The translations under genes were made by a program, and so were the position numbers. DNA of 33,731 bases from a virus (taxonomy: Duplodnaviria > Caudoviricetes). Below the pieces are notes generated by a model. It was not told the origin of the DNA and did not search any database. It saw only the letters and a program-made list of their open reading frames with translations. Every line of letters begins with the position of its first letter. The first letter of the stretch is position 1. The stretch covers positions 1 through 33,731 of the IMG/VR virus record IMGVR_UViG_3300049828_000315. One strand, written 5' to 3'. Shown here piece by piece: positions 8,445-16,308 of this stretch.

Positions 8445-8500
8445 CTTTTCGCACCATTCTCGTTTTCTACCCGCCCTAACCCACAACCAAGGAGGAGCAC

Positions 8501-9298
8501 ATGGGCAAGCTCAATCTCAAACTCAACAAGACCGTCCTCGCAAAGGGCAAAGAAGCATTCGCCAATGGCGATGACTTCAACAATGCCGAGCTGGAACCCG
8601 GTCGCTACAACGGATGGGTGAAGAGCATGCGCTCGATCACCACCACTTCAGGACAGCAACTCGTCATCGACGTCGAGGTTCCCGAAGCGAATGAAGGAAA
8701 GGGCGGCAAGGTCGGTCTGTTCTACTCGCTCGACAACGAGGAGCGGATCGTCTGGCTCTACCGTGTTCTCGCCACCCTCGGCTATGATGTCACTGATGGC
8801 ATCACGAGCGACTTGCTGGAAGAGATCGCCAGCGACTTGGCCGCGAACAATCCCGTAGTGCGCATCAAGGCTCGCCGTGGCGGTGAGTACATCAACTACT
8901 CCATTGAGAAGCTGATGGAAGGCCAGACCAAGGATGACATCTCGACTGGCGGTGATACTGGCGGCAGCGCGGCCGACGAGACGAATGCGGATGGCGCGAA
9001 GGGCATGAGCGACAAAGCGCCTGCCGGAGCCAAGGCCAAGAAGGCCGTGAAGAAGGCCGTGGTAGAAGAAGAAGCTCCGCCCGCCGAGGAAGAGGTGGTC
9101 GAGGAAGTCGCTGAAGAGACGGTCGAAGAAGAAGCCGTGGAAGTCAAGCCCGGTCTGAAGTGCAAGGCTACCATCCAGGGCGTGCTCGTCGATATCGAGG
9201 TGGTGCAAGTCCTCGAGGACGAGGGCAAGGTCGTCGTCCTGAACAAGAAGGACAAGAAGAAGTACAAGATCAGCGGTGAGAAGCTCTCCCTCGAGTGA
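8501..9298 (+). CDS. Putative ssDNA-binding protein (OB/DUF669-like) with acidic linker and C-terminal SH3/KOW-like domain
   Basis: AAGGAGGAG RBS; LEPGRYNGWV..., INY; E-rich tract; position between Sak4-like ATPase and polymerase. Confidence 0.65.
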   Translation: MGKLNLKLNKTVLAKGKEAFANGDDFNNAELEPGRYNGWVKSMRSITTTSGQQLVIDVEVPEANEGKGGKVGLFYSLDNEERIVWLYRVLATLGYDVTDGITSDLLEEIASDLAANNPVVRIKARRGGEYINYSIEKLMEGQTKDDISTGGDTGGSAADETNADGAKGMSDKAPAGAKAKKAVKKAVVEEEAPPAEEEVVEEVAEETVEEEAVEVKPGLKCKATIQGVLVDIEVVQVLEDEGKVVVLNKKDKKKYKISGEKLSLE

Positions 9299-11553
9299 CT
9301 CAGCCTATTCTAATCTCCAGCGGAGGGGAGCCGATCCCTCCGCAACCAAAAGCCATGCTCATTACCAAAAAACGTGTACCGATTCTGATCGGAGAAAACG
9401 CAAGCCACGGATGGGAAGGCTTGAACTTAGAAGAGAAGTGGATTGCTATTGATACAGAGACAACCGGCCTTGACCATCGCGGAACACGCGGCGTCGACCG
9501 CACCAAGGAACCTGCACGCCCGTTCTTCTGTTCGTTGTGCGATCCAGACGGGAGTCTCGCATGGCAACGTTGGTATGTCGACGCTTTTACACGCAAAGTC
9601 CTATACCCAGAAAAAGCATTCCAGACGTACCTACGTGAAATTCTGGAAGATGAATCCATCGCAAAGGTATTCGCCAACGCGCCATTCGATAAGCGCATGC
9701 TGGAAGCGGCTGGCTATTCTATCCGTGGCGAAATACACGACGTCCTCCTGGCGTCGCACGTTGTTCGTTCGGATATGCAAGAGTACGGATTGAAATCGCT
9801 GTGCAAAAACCTGCTCGGCATGGATGACGAAGATGAGAAGGAGCTTGACGATGCTACGAAGGACGCTAGAAACAAGGTTAGATCTGCTCGCCGGCGTATT
9901 GCGGCGGGGAAAGCAACCGATCATGACAAGATTCTGGCGCACTATGCGATCAACGAAGGCGATGAGGACCAAGCGTTCAAGTCAGACTTCTGGTTGGCGC
10001 CGCACGGTATCCTGGAACGGTACGGATGCCGTGACGCTCTTCGGACTGCATCTCTTTGGATCGCTCTCAAGAACCAGATGGATGAAGATGCGGAGCTCAG
10101 TGGTTCTGAATCATCGCATCTTTGGGAAACTTATCGCCAGGAACAAGCGTTGCAGCCGGTCGTTATGGGAATGGAAGACCGCGGCATTGCAGTTGACCTT
10201 GACAAATGTCGTGAGCTAGTTTCATTCTATCAAGGAGTCCGTGACGCGGCAGCTAAAGGAATCGTCGCCGAGACAAGTGAAGACTTCAACCCTAGGAGCA
10301 ACCCTCAACTGCAGGTGGAGTTCTTCGTTACCCGTAAGATAGAACCGGTGCAGTGGGTAACCAAGAAGCGCGCGAAAGAACCGAATCGCTGCAGCCATTG
10401 CAAAGGCCGTGGTTGTGCAGTGTGCTGGAATACCGGAAAGCAACCGCAATGCAACGGTGACTTTTTAGCCAAGATTGGTGTGCGGCGTGAAACAGACTTG
10501 AATGGCGAGGACGTACTGAAGCCAGCGGATCTTCTGGCGTACCATATCCTCCGTGAAAAAGCAGCAAAGGCAATGCAGGACTTTGCCAATTCCTACCTTG
10601 AGTTGGCCGTGAAGCATCCGGATTGCTACGCGATCCATCCGCATTACCGTCAAGCAGAGGCTATCACCCTGCGTTTTTCATGCTCCAAGCCCAACCTTCA
10701 GAATGTGGCAGACGACGATTCAGGCAAAAAGAAAATCGACGTCCCCTACCGTCCCAGAGAATGCTTCGTGCCGCGTCCTGGGTTTGTGATGATAGCGCCG
10801 GACTATTCGCAGATTGAAGTATGGATCCTCTTTCTGCGGTCTGGCGACAAGAAGATGGGCGAGATGCTAGTCGCTGGTGGTGATCTTCACGGACGCATTG
10901 CTTCCAATATATGGAGCAAAGACTTCGACCTAGACGGCGCATTGGCCGACAAGAAAAGGGATGCACGGTCACTATCCAAGCATGCGCTAGTGAACCTCAA
11001 AACTTATGTTAACCGCAGAAAACGTTCAAAGAATATCCAATTCTGCAAGATCTACGGTGGCGGTCCAACCAAGATCGGCACAATGATCGGATGCTCCACT
11101 GAAGAAGCGAAGGTATTCATCAGCGATTGGGAAAACCTTTTTCCAGAAATTGCCGGCTATATGGAACGCAAAGTGGCAGAAGCGAAGGCCACCGGATTCT
11201 CTCAAAATATCTACGGCTACAACTACCCAGTCACCCGTGGTTTTGAGTATGTCGCAGTGAATTATGATATCCAAGGGTCGGCTGCGATGCTTATCAAGCG
11301 CGCTATGGTGCGCGTGGGTACGCTCGCGACAAACAAATGGCGCGGCAAAATGTTTCCGCTACTTACTATCCACGATGAGCTTTTGATTGAGATTGAGAAC
11401 ATGCACAATGACAAATTGCTTGAAAGCGCGATGCTAGATGTCCAGAATGCAATGCAAGCTGATTGGAAATTGCTAAAGAATCCTGTACCTTTCCCGATCG
11501 GCATGAAGCTGATCGAAACCTGCTGGGCTGACGCGAAAGAGGTTAAGCTGTGA
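9295..11553 (+). CDS. polA: Family A DNA polymerase with 3'-5' exonuclease
   Basis: ExoI DTETTG, ExoII NAPFD, ExoIII YGCRD, PNLQN, motif A DYSQIE, motif B R...K...F...YG, IQGSAA, motif C IHDEL. Confidence 0.95.
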   Translation: MTQPILISSGGEPIPPQPKAMLITKKRVPILIGENASHGWEGLNLEEKWIAIDTETTGLDHRGTRGVDRTKEPARPFFCSLCDPDGSLAWQRWYVDAFTRKVLYPEKAFQTYLREILEDESIAKVFANAPFDKRMLEAAGYSIRGEIHDVLLASHVVRSDMQEYGLKSLCKNLLGMDDEDEKELDDATKDARNKVRSARRRIAAGKATDHDKILAHYAINEGDEDQAFKSDFWLAPHGILERYGCRDALRTASLWIALKNQMDEDAELSGSESSHLWETYRQEQALQPVVMGMEDRGIAVDLDKCRELVSFYQGVRDAAAKGIVAETSEDFNPRSNPQLQVEFFVTRKIEPVQWVTKKRAKEPNRCSHCKGRGCAVCWNTGKQPQCNGDFLAKIGVRRETDLNGEDVLKPADLLAYHILREKAAKAMQDFANSYLELAVKHPDCYAIHPHYRQAEAITLRFSCSKPNLQNVADDDSGKKKIDVPYRPRECFVPRPGFVMIAPDYSQIEVWILFLRSGDKKMGEMLVAGGDLHGRIASNIWSKDFDLDGALADKKRDARSLSKHALVNLKTYVNRRKRSKNIQFCKIYGGGPTKIGTMIGCSTEEAKVFISDWENLFPEIAGYMERKVAEAKATGFSQNIYGYNYPVTRGFEYVAVNYDIQGSAAMLIKRAMVRVGTLATNKWRGKMFPLLTIHDELLIEIENMHNDKLLESAMLDVQNAMQADWKLLKNPVPFPIGMKLIETCWADAKEVKL

Positions 11554-13694
11554 AAACCGAAATACCACGGGCCATCCGCATCTTGAATTTTCACGGCGTA
11601 GGTGCTGTGTCTTCTGGCGGATCAAACTGGGTCGGGCATTGCCCTTTCTGTAAAAAGCAGAAGCTCTATGTGGAACCGGAAGAAGGTCTATGGGATTGCA
11701 AAGTCTGCGGAGAACGCGGAAACCAGTTCACGTTCCTCAAAAAATTTATTGATACACGGGAAGAGGCTCCGCTTGGCGAATGGCTCAAGCTTACAGAATC
11801 GAGGAAGATACCAAAAGACGTTCTAGCTGCCCGTGATATCAAATGGGATGGCAAGCACTGGTATCTGCCCATCTACTCAGAAACGGGATCCGTGCGCGCG
11901 ACGCGTCGGTATGACTACAAGCAACTGATGATCGCTGCCGGATGCGAAGCACAACTGTTCGGCATGAGAGAATTGGCGCAGGCAAAGCAAAATGCTACCG
12001 TGCATTTGTGTGAAGGCGAGTGGGATGCGATAGCAATGGATTGGTTGCTTAAGGAGTCCGGCATCACGGACCAGGTCGTCGTCGCGGTTCCTGGTGCTAG
12101 TACATTCAAATCGTTGTGGATTCCGTTCTTCGCTAGCAAAAGAGTTGTCTGCTATTTCGACAATGACGCGGCCGGTGACGGTGGCGCTGAACGTGTGAAA
12201 AAACTTTTGACGGGCAGCGTGAAGGAATTGCTATTTGTAAATTGGCCGGATACATTGCCGCAAGGGTTTGACCTTCGGGATTTTATAGTTAGTAAGCTAT
12301 CGGCTACTAACGAACCAATGGCCGTCTGGTCAGAGCTTTCAAAGCTGACACAGACCGCTCCGCGCCGGGACCTATCCAAGAAGGATGCCGTTTGCAAGCC
12401 CATGAAGTCAGAACCGGGCAATAATAGTCCAACCACTATCAAGGATGTGCTTGAGGCCTTTGGATCGAAAATTCGGATGACAGAGGATCTGGAGGTAGCG
12501 CTGAAGATTTCGCTAGCCGTCTCCATATCCAACGACTTCTCTGGTGATCCGCTTTGGGTCTACCTCGTTGGTCCTCCTGGGTGTGGGAAGACGATGGTGC
12601 TATCCGCGCTATCCACAAGTGATCGGTGCGTATTCCGTTCCGCGTTGACAACGCACTGCTTGGTCAGTGGGTGGCAGGGCTCTAGCGGTGATCCATCGCT
12701 GATTCCGAAGTTGACAGGGCTGACGCTTGTCGCAAAAGATTTCACGGAAATCCTAGCGATGCCGAAACTAGCCCAGGATGAAATCTTTTCCACACTGCGC
12801 GGCGCATACGACGGCTCTGTCCAGAAATCGTTTGGGAATGGCGTTACCCGTTCCTATGACAACTGCAGATTCTCAATGGTGGCTGGCGTCACCAATGCAA
12901 TCCACGCGCATCGATCCGCGTCGCTAGGTGAGCGGTTTCTGAAGGTGCAGATAAAGCAAATTGACGGCGCGGAAGCGACAGAATTGATCGAAGTCGCAAT
13001 GGCATCTATCGGCCAGGAGCGCGAGACGGAGAACACGCTTCAGGAAATATGCACAAAATTCCTGGCTATGACTATCGACCCAAAGCAGATGCCGAGGCTG
13101 ACAAAGGCACAGGGTCGCCGCCTGACTGCGCTGGTCCAGTTGATAGCCGTAATGCGTGCAGTAGTCGAGCGCGACGCAAGAACCCAGGATATTCTATATC
13201 GCCCTGTTCCAGAAACAGGAACACGCTTAGCAAAGCAGCTAGCACGCCTGGCCATCTGCCTCACCGCGCTCACTCCTGGCCGTGAAGAAGTCGATGCCGA
13301 GTCATTCAGAATAGTTGAGCGCGTTGCCAAAGATACCGCGCATGGGTTTTACTTTGACGTTATAGAAGCCGCGATGAAACTCGGTGGAAAGTTTACGAAG
13401 GGCGAGATAGCAAAAGCTTCCGCGCTTCCAGTTTCCACGGCATGGCGTCAAATGGATGACCTATGCCTTCTGAATGTAATCACCTCGACTACCGAAATGA
13501 AAGAACCCTCTGTTCGTGGCGGCGCACCTGCCGTCATCTATAGCATCCACCCTAAGATTGCTGAGTTGTGGAAACTCAGTCAAGGAGAATCACCATGCCA
13601 CCAAGAGTCTCGCACTCCCGATATGACGGTCTTGAAGGTCGCGAAGCCGATGTTGCTGCGTTCCAAGACAAAATTGGCGCTAGTCGCAAGCTGA
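11550..13694 (+). CDS. Primase-helicase fusion: Zn finger + TOPRIM primase + MCM-like AAA+ + wHTH
   Basis: CPFC...CKVC; CEGEWDA and FDNDAAG (TOPRIM); GPPGCGKT; LRGAYDG; LGERFL; C-terminal FTKGEIAKASALPVSTAW. Confidence 0.88.
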   Translation: MKTEIPRAIRILNFHGVGAVSSGGSNWVGHCPFCKKQKLYVEPEEGLWDCKVCGERGNQFTFLKKFIDTREEAPLGEWLKLTESRKIPKDVLAARDIKWDGKHWYLPIYSETGSVRATRRYDYKQLMIAAGCEAQLFGMRELAQAKQNATVHLCEGEWDAIAMDWLLKESGITDQVVVAVPGASTFKSLWIPFFASKRVVCYFDNDAAGDGGAERVKKLLTGSVKELLFVNWPDTLPQGFDLRDFIVSKLSATNEPMAVWSELSKLTQTAPRRDLSKKDAVCKPMKSEPGNNSPTTIKDVLEAFGSKIRMTEDLEVALKISLAVSISNDFSGDPLWVYLVGPPGCGKTMVLSALSTSDRCVFRSALTTHCLVSGWQGSSGDPSLIPKLTGLTLVAKDFTEILAMPKLAQDEIFSTLRGAYDGSVQKSFGNGVTRSYDNCRFSMVAGVTNAIHAHRSASLGERFLKVQIKQIDGAEATELIEVAMASIGQERETENTLQEICTKFLAMTIDPKQMPRLTKAQGRRLTALVQLIAVMRAVVERDARTQDILYRPVPETGTRLAKQLARLAICLTALTPGREEVDAESFRIVERVAKDTAHGFYFDVIEAAMKLGGKFTKGEIAKASALPVSTAWRQMDDLCLLNVITSTTEMKEPSVRGGAPAVIYSIHPKIAELWKLSQGESPCHQESRTPDMTVLKVAKPMLLRSKTKLALVAS

Positions 13695-14104
13695 CTTTGA
13701 ACAACCCCATCGCCGCGGTTGGCCATGTTGCCACCGATGAGTTGCGGCGTGCGGGGAACAGGTTGGCCAGTATTTCGCACATGCTCAAGGCAATGTACCG
13801 CGCCAGCAATGGCATCGACGAACGGTTGATGCGCGCGCAGTTGATGCTCGAGGAACTTTCAGAAGCGCTTTCTGCGCTCGCGCAAGCAGATGAACTCGCG
13901 CTCCTGGATGCACTAGCCGATCTTGAGTATGTCACCGTGGGAACGGCCACGACATACGATCTGCCTTTACGTGCCGCCTTCTCTGAGGTACACCGGAGCA
14001 ACATGACCAAGGGCACCGTTCGCCATGCCCACGGTGAGAAGGGAAAAGGCGAGGGGTTTGAACCACCGAATCTTTCTGCTATCTTGAAGGAGCACAGAAA
14101 ATGA
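13595..14104 (+). CDS. All-alpha NTP pyrophosphohydrolase (MazG/DR2231-like)
   Basis: LEELSE...LLDALADLEYV...FSEVHRSNMTK; AAGGAG RBS at 13582-13587. Confidence 0.85.
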   Translation: MPPRVSHSRYDGLEGREADVAAFQDKIGASRKLTLNNPIAAVGHVATDELRRAGNRLASISHMLKAMYRASNGIDERLMRAQLMLEELSEALSALAQADELALLDALADLEYVTVGTATTYDLPLRAAFSEVHRSNMTKGTVRHAHGEKGKGEGFEPPNLSAILKEHRK

Positions 14105-14601
14105 TACCGGTCACAAACTTCTGCGATAAGGAAGCCACTGCGTTGCTATCAGCAATGGTATTCGCAGCACTCCGCTCGAAGGGAAGAACAAAGGTTGGTG
14201 CCGTGGTTGTTCACCGACCCAGCAATGCAATGCACTTCGGCTACAACGGTTTTCCACCGGGAGTACTTGAACCGTCGCATCGATGGGACGGCCCTGCAAA
14301 ACATAAATTTGTTGTGCATGCCGAATGCAACGCATTGAGAAAAGCAGTCGCTGCGCATGGGCTTCCGCTGACTGATTGCGTTTTGTATAGCTCGTTGCGA
14401 CCTTGCGCGAACTGTACAAAAGAGCTTATCAGCTGTGGCATCCGGGAGGTTTTCTGGTTGCGTGAAGACGCAGACCTTTTGACCAATGCAGATGTGGATG
14501 CATCCGCTGCAATGATGGAAGAAACCCGTTGCCAGTTTTCCTTGCTCAATGTAGACATCGCAGCCCTGCTTACAAAAGCCATGAAGGAGCTTTCGCCATG
14601 A
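14101..14601 (+). CDS. dCMP deaminase-like zinc deaminase
   Basis: KVGAV, GYNG, HAECNAL, PCANC. Confidence 0.9.
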   Translation: MIPVTNFCDKEATALLSAMVFAALRSKGRTKVGAVVVHRPSNAMHFGYNGFPPGVLEPSHRWDGPAKHKFVVHAECNALRKAVAAHGLPLTDCVLYSSLRPCANCTKELISCGIREVFWLREDADLLTNADVDASAAMMEETRCQFSLLNVDIAALLTKAMKELSP

Positions 14602-15434
14602 GCCATACCCAGACCTACCTTGACATCGTGCAACGTGTCCTTCGCGACGGTGAAAACGTCAAAGGCCGCAATGGAGGAACCAAAAGCCTGTTCGGTGTCT
14701 TCATGGAATTCAATTTGCGGCAAGGGTTCCCGCTGATGACTTGCCGGAAACTAGGAATGCGCGTTCCTGCGATTGAATTAGAGTGGATGCTCAAGGGCGG
14801 TATGGATACCGCTTGGCTTGAGGCGCAGGGCGTTCATATCTGGGATCTATGGAAGGGGATAGTCGATAAAGCCAACCCGACGCAGTTAGGGCGCATCTAT
14901 GGCGCGCAATGGAGGCGCTTCGGCGACCCTACTTTCGGGTGCGATCAGATTGCAGAGGCGCTTCGCTTGATAACTGAAGAGCCAGCATCCCGTCGTATCA
15001 TCATCACGGACTGGTCTCCTAATGAGTTGACCAAGATGGCACTTCCTCCATGCCATCTGATGTTCCAATTCTCTGTCCGTGAAGGTAGATTCCTGGATAT
15101 GACGGCTATCCAGAGATCGATGGACTTGCCTGTCGGCGGGCCGCACGACATTTGCCAGTTTGCTTTGCTGCTCGCACTCTTCGCAAAGGCTACCGGGCTC
15201 GAGCCGCGGTGGTTGAAGGTATCTGTTGGCGATGCGCATGTTTACGCCAACCAAATCGAATTGGCAACGCAGATGGTGACGCGCATACCACGCAGCGATC
15301 CGTCGGTAATAATTGAAAGCAGCGTATGGGATGTCGCTAATCCGCTCGCCTCCGTTCTCAATTTCACATTTCAGCATGTCGCTATTTTGAACTACAACCC
15401 GCACCCCGCGATTTCTTTTGAGGTGTCGCCATGA
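14598..15434 (+). CDS. Thymidylate synthase (ThyA) family enzyme with Asp at the base-specificity position; putative dCMP 5-methyltransferase
   Basis: GRNG, FPL, ELEW, IWDLW, YGAQWR, SRR, ALPPCH, QRSMD.PVG.PHD, GDAHVY. Start reassigned to ATG 14598 (AAGGAG RBS, ATGA overlap). Confidence 0.9.
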   Translation: MSHTQTYLDIVQRVLRDGENVKGRNGGTKSLFGVFMEFNLRQGFPLMTCRKLGMRVPAIELEWMLKGGMDTAWLEAQGVHIWDLWKGIVDKANPTQLGRIYGAQWRRFGDPTFGCDQIAEALRLITEEPASRRIIITDWSPNELTKMALPPCHLMFQFSVREGRFLDMTAIQRSMDLPVGGPHDICQFALLLALFAKATGLEPRWLKVSVGDAHVYANQIELATQMVTRIPRSDPSVIIESSVWDVANPLASVLNFTFQHVAILNYNPHPAISFEVSP

Positions 15435-16036
15435 TTATCGTCATCGAGGGTCCTGACGGCGTAGGCAAGACGTCGGTCTGCCATGAGCTTGCGCGTATCT
15501 TTACCGAGCGGAGTCTCACGAATACGATACTACGGTGCCCTGGATCAACAAAGCTTGGAGAGTTTCTGCGCGGGCCGCTCAAGGACCCTACGTTTGAATT
15601 GTCACCCGTAGAGAAGACGCTGCTGTTTATGGCTGCGGATGAGTCTGCGCATAGACTGGCAGAGAAGATGAGCAGCGAAGGAATCATGGTTATCATGGAC
15701 CGTTGCGCAGTATCTAACGCCATCTACAGAACGGCACAAGGCGAGCACCAGGAGGCACAGCTCATCAGGAATTGCTTTGATGACGGCTTCGTATCGCGTA
15801 CGCCGAACGGTGCTTTCCTGATTCCGCTAGACGCACCGGATGCGGAATTGCAAAAGCGCATTTCTGGTCGTAGCAACGAGAAACCAGACCGGTTTGACGG
15901 GTTGCAATTACGCGTCGCCCAGCTGTACCGCGAAGAGTTTCCTATCCGTTTGGATACGACTGACATGACCGCGCAGGCAGTAGCCGCGCGAGTATACAAG
16001 ATGGCCGTTGGACGCGGATGGGGAGAACGGTCATGA
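15431..16036 (+). CDS. Thymidylate kinase-like dNMP kinase with altered base pocket
   Basis: IEGPDGVGKT, RCPG, LLFMAADE, MDR...S...Y, RISGR, DRF. Confidence 0.88.
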   Translation: MIIVIEGPDGVGKTSVCHELARIFTERSLTNTILRCPGSTKLGEFLRGPLKDPTFELSPVEKTLLFMAADESAHRLAEKMSSEGIMVIMDRCAVSNAIYRTAQGEHQEAQLIRNCFDDGFVSRTPNGAFLIPLDAPDAELQKRISGRSNEKPDRFDGLQLRVAQLYREEFPIRLDTTDMTAQAVAARVYKMAVGRGWGERS

Positions 16037-16308
16037 TCAAGTGCGAACACTGCGGAGTAGCTGAAGAGCGCGACGCCGCCATCGCACGGGCGGATGCGCT
16101 AGAGAATGAAATCCTGCTGGCGACTAAAACACACGGCGACGCGGTGGCGTTTTATGTTAAAGAACGCGACACCCTCAAGGCGGCGCTGCGTGCCGCTGGG
16201 AATCGCCTCGTGTATGCGCTGCAACTGGAAGCGCACAAGTCGGAATGTGGCTGTGTAGATTGTCGCATGGTTAGAAACATCGACGCCCTGCTGGGCGAGA
16301 AGGAATGA
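16033..16308 (+). CDS. Hypothetical protein (91 aa) with CxxC, coiled coil and HxxxCxCxxC
   Basis: GGAG upstream, ATGA overlaps. Confidence 0.7.
   Translation: MIKCEHCGVAEERDAAIARADALENEILLATKTHGDAVAFYVKERDTLKAALRAAGNRLVYALQLEAHKSECGCVDCRMVRNIDALLGEKE

Noticed and set aside
9295-13694. Intein or intron in polymerase or primase-helicase
   Set aside because: Frames are continuous, lengths are explained by the recognised domains, and no splice-junction or homing endonuclease motifs are seen.
9295-16036. 2-aminoadenine (Z) or deazaguanine genome system
   Set aside because: No PurZ, DatZ, or Que/Dpd-like genes in the window; the altered enzymes are pyrimidine-pathway folds.
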